Shown here piece by piece: positions 18,629-28,163 of a stretch of 64,000 nt of DNA. How positions within the stretch are numbered: the first letter of the stretch is position 1; each line of letters starts with the position of its first letter. The position numbers and the translations under genes were made by a program. Location of the stretch: positions 172 through 64,171 of the forward strand of contig JBBTRP010000006.1 of the NCBI GenBank assembly GCA_038065125.1, in the 5' to 3' direction. The stretch is from Patescibacteria group bacterium. GTDB taxonomy: Bacteria > Patescibacteriota > Patescibacteriia > JACQRZ01. Under the pieces are notes generated by a model that did no database searches, was not told where the DNA came from, and saw nothing but the letters and a program-made list of their open reading frames with translations.

Positions 18629-19845
18629 CGTTCGGTGAGCCCACAAAAATCAAGGATCTGCGCGCCTTGGGGGAAAGAAACTTTTTTGAACACATCATGC
18701 GCGACCAGACACACGATAATATCGCCAGATTCCAACGAAGGAGCAGTATTAGTAATGTAGAACTCAAGCGCGCGCGTGATGTGCGGATCGACGCAGAAAA
18801 CATCGTATCCCTCACGGATCAGTTGTCGCACGATTGAGAGAGCCGGTGATTCGCGAATGTCATCGCTATTTGGCTTGTATGAGAGTCCAAGACAGGCGAT
18901 TGATGGCGCGCGATGGTTGACTCGCGTAAACTCAAATGCCGCCTTCCGAATCTTATCGACAACCCACTTTGTTTTTTCGGTGTTGCGATGATGTGCCGCG
19001 GAAATGAGTTTTGCCTCGTCTCGCGCAGCATGGGAGATGAAAAGCGGGTCGACGGCGACGCAGTGCCCACCCACTCCGGGGCCGGGTTTGAGAATGTTGA
19101 CGCGCGGATGCTTGTTTGCGCACTCAATCACATTCCAAACATTAAGCCCCGACTCATCGCAGATCATGGAGAGTTCGTTTGCAAAAGCGATGTTAACATT
19201 GCGATAGGCGTTCTCGACGAGCTTTGCCATTTCCGCAGTGCGCGCGTCAGTAACAATCAGCTCACCGGTGACGAACGATGCGTAGAACTCCCGGGCGCTC
19301 TGCGATGCTCGTGGAGTGAGTCCGCCGATGATTCGGGAATTTTCAATAAGCTCCGACAGAGTGTTTCCCGGTAATATTCTCTCCGGACAGTACGCGATAT
19401 CAATATCGTCGAGCGGTACGCCGCACTCGGCAAGTTGAGCCGCAACTTTTTCTGTCGTGCCGACCGGAGAGGTAGACTCCAAAATGATGAGATTGCCAGG
19501 TCGCACATGGGGTGCTAGTGCGTGTGCCGCCGCAAGGACGTGATCGATATTCGGGATGAAGTCATCCTTGAGTGGCGTGGGAACGGTAATCAGGAAAATA
19601 TTGGCGGCACTTGGCTCAAGCGCTGCCGTCAGCAAGCCCGTACCAACGCTCCCCGAAACAAGCTCATCAAGGCCTTCTTCGGCAATATGAATCTTGCCAT
19701 GATTGATCGTCTCGACAACTGATTTATTGATGTCCACGCCAGCGACACGGTAACCGTGACGTGTGAGTATTGCCGCCGTCGGCAGTCCGACGTAGCCAAG
19801 ACCCATCACACAGACTGTTTTTTTTGTTTTTTCGGGTATTTCCAT
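18625..19845 (-). CDS. nucleotide-sugar dehydrogenase (UDP-ManNAc/UDP-GlcNAc 6-dehydrogenase, WecC/Cap5O-like)
   Basis: VCVMGLGYVGLPTA NAD-binding. Catalytic Cys region (GGHCV). UDPG_MGDP_dh order. Confidence 0.8.
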   Translation of the reverse strand: MEIPEKTKKTVCVMGLGYVGLPTAAILTRHGYRVAGVDINKSVVETINHGKIHIAEEGLDELVSGSVGTGLLTAALEPSAANIFLITVPTPLKDDFIPNIDHVLAAAHALAPHVRPGNLIILESTSPVGTTEKVAAQLAECGVPLDDIDIAYCPERILPGNTLSELIENSRIIGGLTPRASQSAREFYASFVTGELIVTDARTAEMAKLVENAYRNVNIAFANELSMICDESGLNVWNVIECANKHPRVNILKPGPGVGGHCVAVDPLFISHAARDEAKLISAAHHRNTEKTKWVVDKIRKAAFEFTRVNHRAPSIACLGLSYKPNSDDIRESPALSIVRQLIREGYDVFCVDPHITRALEFYITNTAPSLESGDIIVCLVAHDVFKKVSFPQGAQILDFCGLTER

Positions 19846-20013
19846 ATCGTATTTATCAAAGGCAATCCTACCGTACCCTCACTATTCTGTGAAGCGTCTT
19901 TTGTATGGAGATTCTTCATATTTCATTATTCTATCACGACCCGGTTGTGTTCATTGACAATAGGTCGCTCAAGCTGTAGTTTCATAGCGTTCTGAATGTA
20001 TGGAGGAATTGAA

Positions 20014-20811
20014 ATGAGCGTCATTAATGGAGTGGGCACGCTCCTTGAAACAGTTGTGGGTCCGCGGGTGCTTGAAATCAGGAAAAGCGGAGAACTCGGC
20101 ACGGAGCACAAGGTGTCCTTTAGGGACATAAAAACCAAAGGCGATACCGAGTCTCAGCGACTCATCTTCGCTTTCCTTCGTGAGCATTTTCCCGAGCATA
20201 GCATTCGAGGCGAGGAAGATGAGCAGGCAACTGCGCATCAGGGCACGAGCGAGTACGAGTACATCATCGACCCTATCGACGGGACGACGAACTACGCGTG
20301 CGGCAGCCCGTTCTTCGGTATTTCGGTCGGCGTCGCCAAGGCCGGAGTTCCGTATGCAGGTGTCATCCACTACCCGGCCATGAGTGAGACTATTTGGGCC
20401 GAGTCAGGAAAGGGTGCATTCATCAATGGGCGACCGCTTGTCATGAGGCAGTACACAGGTGAGAAGTGTGAGCTCCTCATGGCGGGAGACCTTCTGCCCG
20501 GTTCCGAGCACTTGTTTGCGCCGCTGAAGGAGCTTGCGGCAAACGTCGTCATGTTTGCGTGCTTCACGGTTACCGCCCGGTTCGTTGCTGAGGGTGTATT
20601 TAAGCTCTACGTCCACACCGGCGCAACTCCATTCGACATATGCGCGGCAATTGCGATCGTGCGCGAGGCAGGCGGTGTCGCAGTGGGTATTGTGAGCGAC
20701 GAACTCGATCTCTCTCGCGGGCAGATTCCTATCATTCTTGCGTGCAACCGCGCGATTGTCGAGGAGCTTCGTTCACGGTTTGCAAACTCTGCGAGAACTG
20801 TGCGGGTGTAA
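20014..20811 (+). CDS. inositol monophosphatase-family phosphatase (SuhB/CysQ-like)
   Basis: IDPIDGTTNY metal-binding motif. Second ATG (MSVING) is preferred because GGAGGA lies 7 nt upstream. ORF track starts at 19996. Confidence 0.75.
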   Translation: MSVINGVGTLLETVVGPRVLEIRKSGELGTEHKVSFRDIKTKGDTESQRLIFAFLREHFPEHSIRGEEDEQATAHQGTSEYEYIIDPIDGTTNYACGSPFFGISVGVAKAGVPYAGVIHYPAMSETIWAESGKGAFINGRPLVMRQYTGEKCELLMAGDLLPGSEHLFAPLKELAANVVMFACFTVTARFVAEGVFKLYVHTGATPFDICAAIAIVREAGGVAVGIVSDELDLSRGQIPIILACNRAIVEELRSRFANSARTVRV

Positions 20812-20891
20812 CCCCACTCAATCCCAAAGCGGCTCATACGCACGCATCGGGACGAAGTGGGGATCTTCTTTTTATAAAAGAATAAGAGGAA

Positions 20892-20921
20892 TTGACAAAA
20901 TACGATAATAATAGCTATATA
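20892..20921 (+). promoter_or_regulatory. near-consensus sigma70-like promoter (TTGACA, 18-nt spacer, TATATA) for the 20961 gene
   Basis: attgacaaaatacgataataatagctatatag, then AAGGAGGA and TTG start at 20961. Confidence 0.35.
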
Positions 20922-20960
20922 GTGCCAGTAGAGTGAGAATGATATGAAGGAGGATATCCC

Positions 20961-21764
20961 TTGAAGCGAGATGTGAAGGTTCTGGTCGGGTCAGGCTTTG
21001 CCTACAACCAGGCCGATCCCGGCCAGGTGTTTCTCGACGTGAAGACGGCGGATTACCCGTGGAAGATCTTTGCAGGCCGTATAATGTTCATCGGCGGCCA
21101 GTGGATCAACAAAGCATGGGAAACCGATGTAAACCCTCGCGAGACCTATGTAAGGGAGGTGCTTGAGGAGATATCGTTTTCACGGCCTAAAATCTCTACC
21201 GAGGAGATGGCCGTCCTCTGTCCACTAGTGACAACCGATAGCTATATCGCGCCCGCGATCAAAGGGGCGCCGACTGCCGAAGATGAGAGGCACTTGACGC
21301 ACGTGAAGGCCTCACTCGTTGATCCGGCGCACATGTGCTCGTTCGGGGACTATCACATTCGAACTCCTGCGTCACTCATCCAGACTCTTCAGCCGGAATA
21401 CAGCGGCACTGATTTGACGGCAGTCTTCTCAATCTTTGCTGTCGGTCTACCACCGGACGAGTGGGATATGCTGTGCGACTTGCAGGCGCGGTTCGAAAAC
21501 CTTTCAAATGAGTCACAATCGGTTGTGACCTCGCTCAAAAGGATTCTCGCCGGCGAGATCGCCTTCGCTTCTGGCTATGACCAGATCATGCAAGATTTCT
21601 GGATCTTCAAGGGCCTTCCCGGGGTCGAGGGGATGCCGACCCAGAAAGGAGTCGAAGTGGTGCGTATGGGCTTGGCACTCGGTTCGTACCGCGACTATCT
21701 CGCCAGGTACGATGTCGAGAAGCGGCCGCCTGTCACAGAATCACTTACCCCCAACCTACCATAG
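20961..21764 (+). CDS. hypothetical protein (267 aa), no recognisable family
   Basis: Long ORF with strong SD (AAGGAGGA, 6-nt spacer, TTG start; GTG at 20973 is an alternative). No motif I can assign. Confidence 0.5.
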   Translation: MKRDVKVLVGSGFAYNQADPGQVFLDVKTADYPWKIFAGRIMFIGGQWINKAWETDVNPRETYVREVLEEISFSRPKISTEEMAVLCPLVTTDSYIAPAIKGAPTAEDERHLTHVKASLVDPAHMCSFGDYHIRTPASLIQTLQPEYSGTDLTAVFSIFAVGLPPDEWDMLCDLQARFENLSNESQSVVTSLKRILAGEIAFASGYDQIMQDFWIFKGLPGVEGMPTQKGVEVVRMGLALGSYRDYLARYDVEKRPPVTESLTPNLP

Positions 21765-21807
21765 GCGGGGGTTTTATTTTCTTTCGAAGGGGTTATGATA
21801 CTCAAAT

Positions 21808-22863
21808 ATGAAAATTGCGGTTATCAGTAGCGACCCATCTGTGCGTGGGGGTATACAACGATACACGGCTGAGCTCATCGGCGCGCTTGAGAGCAAAAAA
21901 GACGCGCGGATTGCAACGTATTTTTTTACAAAAAAAAGCGAGTTGTCAAAGGCGGTTTTTGCAATCAAGACACTGATATCAATCTACTTCCAGCGGCCTG
22001 ATGTTATTCTGTGCGCCCATATACAGTATGTTCAGGTCTGCATACTTGCAAAGCGCTTGTTCGGTATCCCGTATGCGCTCTTTTGTTACGGTATTGAGGT
22101 TTGGGACAAATCACGAAACATAACACATCGCGTATTGTTTGAGCAGGCTACTCTACTAATCGCTATCTCGCCCTATACACGAGATCAAATCACTGAGGGG
22201 TTGCCCCAGGAAGAAAAAAAAATCCGGATCATTTCTCCCTGTGTAGATGACGAACGCTTCGTACTGCGCGAGTCTTCTCGAAAGGATTTGCCAAATGGTA
22301 TTGGACGGAAACACCCCCTCATTCTTTCGGTTTGCAGACTTTCCGCGTCTGAGCGGTATAAGGGATATGACGATGTTCTATCAGCGCTACCTCGGGTTTT
22401 GGAGCACTTTCCAACGGCTGTGTATGTTATTGTAGGAAGTGGAGACGATCTCAAGCGCGTGCGTGCGCGCATTGTAAACGAGGGTTTGTCTAACCATGTC
22501 ATATTGGCAGATGACATTGCGGATGATGATCTTCCTCATGTATACACCGCGTGCGATGTGTTTTGTATGCCGTCTCGTGAGGAGGGCTTTGGTATTGTTT
22601 TCCTGGAGGCGATATGCAGTGGAAAACCGGTGATTGCGGCACGCTCTGCAGGGGCGGTGCACGCACTCCTTGCCGGAGCTGCAGGTGAATTAATTGAACC
22701 TGGGGAAACAGAGGAGCTTGCAACTTGTCTGATAAAAACTCTTGATGGCGGGCATGGACGCGACCCTATGAGTGTTCGGAGACTGATTGTCGACGCATTT
22801 GGAAGGCGCGCCTTCCGGCTAGCGGTGCACACCCTCCTTGATGAGTTTAAGGGCATGCGGTAG
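21808..22863 (+). CDS. glycosyltransferase family 4
   Basis: FCMPSREEGFGIVFLEAICSGKPVI GT-B C-terminal motif. Confidence 0.8.
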   Translation: MKIAVISSDPSVRGGIQRYTAELIGALESKKDARIATYFFTKKSELSKAVFAIKTLISIYFQRPDVILCAHIQYVQVCILAKRLFGIPYALFCYGIEVWDKSRNITHRVLFEQATLLIAISPYTRDQITEGLPQEEKKIRIISPCVDDERFVLRESSRKDLPNGIGRKHPLILSVCRLSASERYKGYDDVLSALPRVLEHFPTAVYVIVGSGDDLKRVRARIVNEGLSNHVILADDIADDDLPHVYTACDVFCMPSREEGFGIVFLEAICSGKPVIAARSAGAVHALLAGAAGELIEPGETEELATCLIKTLDGGHGRDPMSVRRLIVDAFGRRAFRLAVHTLLDEFKGMR

Positions 22864-22889
22864 GCTTTGAAAGTTCTTTACTTGCTATT

Positions 22890-23873
22890 ATGGTCATTAC
22901 CAGAACACCATTTCGCATCTCATTTTTCGGCGGAGGCAGCGACTATCCGACGTGGTTTAATCAGCACAGTGGAGCCGTGCTGTCCGCAACGATCAATAAG
23001 TACTGCTATATTAGCTGCCGCTATCTGCCGCCATTTTTTGAGCATACAAGCAGGGTCGTGTGGTCAAAAATCGAGTCAGTGAAAGGTGTCGACGAGATTC
23101 AGCACCCAGTTGTGCGTCATGCCCTGCAATGGCTCGGCATTTCCGAAGGTCTGGAGATCCACCACAATGCCGACCTTCCGGCACGTGCGGGCCTGGGATC
23201 AAGTTCGTCGTTTACGGTCGGTTTTCTCAATGCCCTCCAAGCACTGCAAGGCCGACTAAGCACTAAGTATCAGTTGGCACTCGACGCAATTCATGTCGAG
23301 CAGGAGCTCTTGAAAGAGAACGTCGGCTGTCAGGATCAAACGGCAGCAGCGTTCGGGGGGCTCAACAAGATCGAGTTCGGCGGAATGGAACAGGTGAAGG
23401 TCTCGCCCATGGTTTGTTCGCGCGAGCGCTTGAAAGAGCTGGAGAGTCATTTGCTTCTGTACTTTACGGGTATGTCGCGAACGGCATCTGAGATTGCTGC
23501 GGAGCAAATCGCAAATATTCCCGACAAAGAACGCGAGATACGCGAGATGGTCAGGTTCGTCGACGAGGCGGTCACCATTCTTCACTCGCTCCAGTGGGCG
23601 GATCAGTTTGGCAAGCTTTTGCATGAGACCTGGCTTTTAAAAAAAACGCTTTCGAGCAAGATTGCAAACCCTCTTATCAATTCGTTATACGAAGAGGCGA
23701 GAAGTGCAGGCGCTCTTGGCGGCAAGTTGTTGGGCGCGGGTGGCGGAGGTTTTATGCTCTTTTTTGCGAAGCCGGAAAATCATCCAGCTATCAAGCAGCG
23801 CCTCGCAAATTTTTTACATGTACCGTTTGAGTTTGAGACGTCAGGGAGTCAGATCATTTACCATGCAAATTAA
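22890..23873 (+). CDS. GHMP-family sugar kinase, D-glycero-alpha-D-manno-heptose-7-phosphate kinase (HddA)-like
   Basis: TPFRISFFGGGSDYP N-terminus. GHMP motif PARAGLGSSSSF. C-terminal GAGGGGF. Confidence 0.65.
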   Translation: MVITRTPFRISFFGGGSDYPTWFNQHSGAVLSATINKYCYISCRYLPPFFEHTSRVVWSKIESVKGVDEIQHPVVRHALQWLGISEGLEIHHNADLPARAGLGSSSSFTVGFLNALQALQGRLSTKYQLALDAIHVEQELLKENVGCQDQTAAAFGGLNKIEFGGMEQVKVSPMVCSRERLKELESHLLLYFTGMSRTASEIAAEQIANIPDKEREIREMVRFVDEAVTILHSLQWADQFGKLLHETWLLKKTLSSKIANPLINSLYEEARSAGALGGKLLGAGGGGFMLFFAKPENHPAIKQRLANFLHVPFEFETSGSQIIYHAN

Positions 23874-24976
23874 TGAGAATTGGAATAATCGGCGCCGGTA
23901 TTATTGGTCTTTCGTGCGCACGAGAGTGCCGGAAGATTTTTCCGAACGCAGAGATTATCGTCTTTGAAAAAAATGCCGCGGCATTTTCTGAAAACAGCAT
24001 CCACAACAGCGGAGTCGTACATTCGGGCATTCATCAAAAATTAGGGTCGCTCCGCAGTTCATTCGCGCACACCGGAAGCAAGCTACTGACCGATTACTGC
24101 CAGCAAAATGAAATCCTATGCAAACCGACTGCGATGCTCATCGCTATTGCCCCCGCCGATATGCCCTCGCTTATCCGAGAGGCATCAATACTGTTTCGAC
24201 TCTGGGAAAACTCCCGTCGACAGAGGATTCGGCCGCCGAAGGTCGTGTTTAAAAAAGATATATACGCGCTTGAGCCAAACATTTCAGCGATCTGCGGACT
24301 ACTGCTCTCAGGCATTTGGGTGATCGATCAGAAGTCATTGGGCACGCAACTAGTCCGTGAGATGGAAGGTATCGGTGTAGACATTCGTTTACGGACGGAA
24401 ATAAAAAGCATTTCATTTAATGGCGAGTATGCGGTGTTCGGTACCGATACTGCCGAGGAGAGTGTTACCCACGTAATTAATTCAGCAGGACTGCACGCCG
24501 ACATCATCGCGCGCATGGCAGGATTCGACGCGCCAGAGATCTCTCCAGTACGTGGCGAATACTATGAAGTCTTCAGTGATAAAAAAAATCTCATTCATTC
24601 ACACCTCATCTATCCTGCGCTCCCCCCAGGCCATCCGGTGAAAGGTATACACTTCACAAAAACTGCTGACGGACGACTTCTCATCGGGCCAAATGCCACC
24701 GCCTGGGATCGGCGTGAGGACGATGCTTCGGACCAGAGCCCTAAGAAGGAGTTTGTCGACGCGGTCAAAAAATTTTTGCCTTCCCTCACACCAGAGGACA
24801 TACAGTGGGCCTACTCCGGCATTCGCCCCAAGATCGGTGGGAGCGCTGAAGAGCATGACTTTATTGTGCGGAGAGAGCAATCCAGAATTCCATTTGTCAA
24901 TCTCATCGGCATCGAATCCCCGGGCTTTACCGCAAGTTTTGCCCTCGCAGAATACGCTGCAGGACTCCTACTGTGA
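23873..24976 (+). CDS. FAD-dependent oxidoreductase (DAO/LhgO-like)
   Basis: MRIGIIGAGIIGLSCA dinucleotide-binding motif. DAO-family C-terminus (GIESPGFTAS). Confidence 0.75.
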   Translation: MRIGIIGAGIIGLSCARECRKIFPNAEIIVFEKNAAAFSENSIHNSGVVHSGIHQKLGSLRSSFAHTGSKLLTDYCQQNEILCKPTAMLIAIAPADMPSLIREASILFRLWENSRRQRIRPPKVVFKKDIYALEPNISAICGLLLSGIWVIDQKSLGTQLVREMEGIGVDIRLRTEIKSISFNGEYAVFGTDTAEESVTHVINSAGLHADIIARMAGFDAPEISPVRGEYYEVFSDKKNLIHSHLIYPALPPGHPVKGIHFTKTADGRLLIGPNATAWDRREDDASDQSPKKEFVDAVKKFLPSLTPEDIQWAYSGIRPKIGGSAEEHDFIVRREQSRIPFVNLIGIESPGFTASFALAEYAAGLLL

Positions 24977-24981
24977 CCGAC

Positions 24982-26436
24982 TTATTTTTTGCAGCGGTAT
25001 ACCGCATAACCGTATCCGGGAATCGTGTTTGCAATAGGGAGTCTCCAAAGAGCAACCTTGCCCCGAGCATAGTTTTCCTCCACAAGCGTACAGCTGCCAT
25101 TCGCCACTTGCGGAGCCTTGGTTTCACCGGTTGAAAATTGCTGTCGTATGAGCAGGCGGTTCGCATTCGAAAGATCTTCGCGAGGCTCTTCAATCAGGGA
25201 GTAGTTCTCCGTAAGTGGCCACATTCGTTGAGTGACCAGGAATAGATCGGATACATGAGATGACTTCGTAAGGCGCAGAAACGACTCGCGCGCTTCATCC
25301 AGGGAGATACCCTCCGTTGCATAGAGGGGGAATAGATAGAGTAGTCGAATAAATCCAATGCATGTTAGCGTAAGGGTTGTCCATGATAGAACGCGTAATG
25401 CTTTATATCGACTTTTGATAGCCGCAGTCGCTACCGCTATGAACATGAGAGGAGCAAAAATGTATATATACGAAAGATGGCGCGGCGCGACTGCACCGAA
25501 AGCAATAACCAGAAAAGCAATAAAGAAAGAAGTGAAGAAAAGAGGGGACTTGATTGAAGAACGATGAATGAAGGAATAGAGTCCAAGGAGAACCACGCTT
25601 AGGATGGCGAGTAGGCCATAGAAGGTCGTATTTGGCGCGAAAAAGTGGTAGTATAAAAAACTCCATGACAGGCCCTTTTTATAGATCAATGTGAAGTGGT
25701 CGGCAATTCCATTGAGTGTGGTTGGGAGTCCATAGGGAGTGAGTGAGACAATCAATGCAAACGAGATTGCAGCGGTAAGCCCTATTACCCCCAAGTTTAG
25801 CAGACCTCGTTTCCAAGGGACGGAGTAGAAAATATACAGGGCAATGAGGCCCGCAACGAGCGCAGCAGCGGTAATATGCATTGACCCAATACTGCCAAGG
25901 AAAATGCCAAGTACGATGGCGAACGGCAGCGAATCGGCACGAGCGCGCATGAAGTACATCAATACCGCGATCAATAGTACGATCGGTCGTAGAGGTGTTT
26001 CTGGTCGGAAATCATTAGCAAGGAGAGTGGTGGAAAGGCCGCAGAGCGCAAGGGCCGTCGCCACGCTTAGTCGCCATTTAGAAATTTGCTCGCTCGAATT
26101 AACAATGCGCACGAGTAAGAGTGAGGTGAGAATGAGTGTGACAATATCGATTCCGGCAAGAGCGAGGTCGAGACCCCGAGGTGTTGCAGTAGGAGAGATA
26201 GCGGCGAGCAACAATGGGTAGAGCGGGGGGTAAAAAATTAGGCGGTGCTGTCCGGGATCAATCGCATGTCCAATTGCGTTTATTTCATTAATAAGAGGCT
26301 TGCCATGCATAGTGTTGATGGCAGTTGGGCCGAAGTAAATCGAATCTCCCTCGAAGACCGGGTAGGACCAGTATCCAAAAATGAGATATATCGCCGCGAG
26401 AAGTAAAATTGTCCCAATTAAAAATACCCGGTGCAT
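24982..26436 (-). CDS. polytopic membrane protein, putative GT-C fold glycosyltransferase
   Basis: About 11 predicted TM segments. Acidic EGD motif in the first extracytoplasmic loop. C-terminal soluble domain. Confidence 0.5.
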   Translation of the reverse strand: MHRVFLIGTILLLAAIYLIFGYWSYPVFEGDSIYFGPTAINTMHGKPLINEINAIGHAIDPGQHRLIFYPPLYPLLLAAISPTATPRGLDLALAGIDIVTLILTSLLLVRIVNSSEQISKWRLSVATALALCGLSTTLLANDFRPETPLRPIVLLIAVLMYFMRARADSLPFAIVLGIFLGSIGSMHITAAALVAGLIALYIFYSVPWKRGLLNLGVIGLTAAISFALIVSLTPYGLPTTLNGIADHFTLIYKKGLSWSFLYYHFFAPNTTFYGLLAILSVVLLGLYSFIHRSSIKSPLFFTSFFIAFLVIAFGAVAPRHLSYIYIFAPLMFIAVATAAIKSRYKALRVLSWTTLTLTCIGFIRLLYLFPLYATEGISLDEARESFLRLTKSSHVSDLFLVTQRMWPLTENYSLIEEPREDLSNANRLLIRQQFSTGETKAPQVANGSCTLVEENYARGKVALWRLPIANTIPGYGYAVYRCKK

Positions 26437-26438
26437 AG

Positions 26439-27143
26439 GTGGAGCGGTTTCAGCACTTGTATGCTAGTATGGCAACTATGGTCTGTCAAAAGAGTTCGTC
26501 CCCCGTCATTTTTTTTGACGTAGACGGGACGTTGATTCTCCGTACATCATGCGAATATTTACTACTGCGACACCTATTGATACGCGGAAATTTTCCTCTC
26601 ACCAATCTGGTTCATGCTTTGGTGTGGAATCTTGGGAAAGCAAGGACTTTTTTTTACTCCCTCCATTTCAATAAATTGTGGTATAGGGGATACTCAGTCG
26701 ACGGACTCAACAAGCATATCGATGCAGTATTTCCATCAATTTGCAGACACATATCGCAAGGGGCCATCAATGAAATGCGGCGAGCTCATGACGGCGGATC
26801 TCGCATCGTCCTTCTTTCTGCGGCTCCCGATATTCTCGTGCGCCGGATAGGGGAGTATATTGGCTATCATGAGGTGGTTGCAACATCCTTCGAGATTCAT
26901 AATACTATCTACACAGGCAGAGTAACTGGCATTGTACCTTATGCCGCCGGGAAGATTGCCGCAGCTAGCGCATATGCCGCGTCACTAGGTGTTCGTTTAA
27001 GCGATTGCACCGCATATGCAAATGCAGGCTCAGACATTCCGCTCCTGGAGAGCGTCGGGACGGCGTATGCAGTGAATCCGTCAGTGGGACTGCAAAAACA
27101 CGCAATGAGTAAGGGATGGAGTATTTTAAGATTCAACACATAA
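26439..27143 (+). CDS. HAD-superfamily subfamily IB hydrolase (phosphatase)
   Basis: FFDVDGTLI motif I. Alternative start at 26469. Confidence 0.7.
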   Translation: MERFQHLYASMATMVCQKSSSPVIFFDVDGTLILRTSCEYLLLRHLLIRGNFPLTNLVHALVWNLGKARTFFYSLHFNKLWYRGYSVDGLNKHIDAVFPSICRHISQGAINEMRRAHDGGSRIVLLSAAPDILVRRIGEYIGYHEVVATSFEIHNTIYTGRVTGIVPYAAGKIAAASAYAASLGVRLSDCTAYANAGSDIPLLESVGTAYAVNPSVGLQKHAMSKGWSILRFNT

Positions 27144-27152
27144 CAATTTAAT

Positions 27153-28163
27153 ATGAAGACGCTTGTAACAGGTGTTCCGGGTTGGCTTGGATCGCGACTC
27201 ACGTCGGTTCTGACAAACCCTAACGACCCCCTGAATCATTTTTCCGGTTATTCAGATCGGGAAGTTCGCTGTTTCGTGCTTCCCGGAATGAATGCAACGG
27301 GGATTAACCATGCAGAGATTATCGCTGGAGATGTGCGAGATGCGGACTCTCTTCATAGGGCCCTTGATGGGGTTGAAACAGTTTTCCACTTAGTCGGCAT
27401 TATCCACCCAAAAAAAATATCAGACCTTTATGCTGTCAACAGGGAAGGTTTTCGAAATTTGTTGAACGCCGCTGAGGCCGCGGGGGTGCGCCGAGTCGTG
27501 TTCGTGAGCAGTAACTCACCCGCGGGAACAAACAAAAACAGGAACATTCTCATGAAGGAGAGCGATACCCCTCAGCCCTACAAGCATTACGGCATAAGTA
27601 AATTGGAAGCCGAGCAAATCGGACTGGATTTTGTGAAGAGAGGGAGAATTGAGGTCGTTATTGTGAGGCCCTGCTGGTTTTATGGTCCCGGCCAGCCGGA
27701 CCGCCAGACCAGATTCTTTCGAATGATTAAAAGCGGAAAGCCGCTCATGTTCGGTGATGGAAAAAATCTTCGCAGCATGTCGTATGTTGACAATACCATC
27801 CAGGGCCTCCTTCTGGCCGAGAAAACTCCTGACATCTCAGGGAGGACGTATTGGATAGCTGATGAAAAGCCATACTCTACAGAAGAGATCTATTGGACAA
27901 TTGCCGAACTCCTTGACGTGCGCCATCTCACACCGCGTCATCTTCCAGAACTCGTTTCGAAGTGTTGTGAACTTGCTGACGACCTACTCCAGGCTGCGGG
28001 CATATATTCCCAAGAGATTCACGTCGCAGGAGAAATGGTAAAGGATATTGCGTGCAGTATTGAAAAAGCGAAATTAGAGCTTGGGTACGCACCAGAGATT
28101 TCACTTCGAGAGGGAATGAAGAGATCGATCGAATGGTGTCGGCAGCGCGGTGATGAGATCTAA
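27153..28163 (+). CDS. NAD-dependent epimerase/dehydratase (extended SDR)
   Basis: MKTLVTGVPGWLGSRL. YxxxK (YGISKLEAE). Confidence 0.8.
   Translation: MKTLVTGVPGWLGSRLTSVLTNPNDPLNHFSGYSDREVRCFVLPGMNATGINHAEIIAGDVRDADSLHRALDGVETVFHLVGIIHPKKISDLYAVNREGFRNLLNAAEAAGVRRVVFVSSNSPAGTNKNRNILMKESDTPQPYKHYGISKLEAEQIGLDFVKRGRIEVVIVRPCWFYGPGQPDRQTRFFRMIKSGKPLMFGDGKNLRSMSYVDNTIQGLLLAEKTPDISGRTYWIADEKPYSTEEIYWTIAELLDVRHLTPRHLPELVSKCCELADDLLQAAGIYSQEIHVAGEMVKDIACSIEKAKLELGYAPEISLREGMKRSIEWCRQRGDEI

Noticed and set aside
21745-21790. Intrinsic terminator after the 20961 hypothetical gene (CCCCC..GGGGG + TTTTATTTT)
   Set aside because: The stem is only 5 bp with a 13-nt loop, and the next gene is co-directional 44 nt away. 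It is too weak to call as a feature, so it is mentioned only in a finding.
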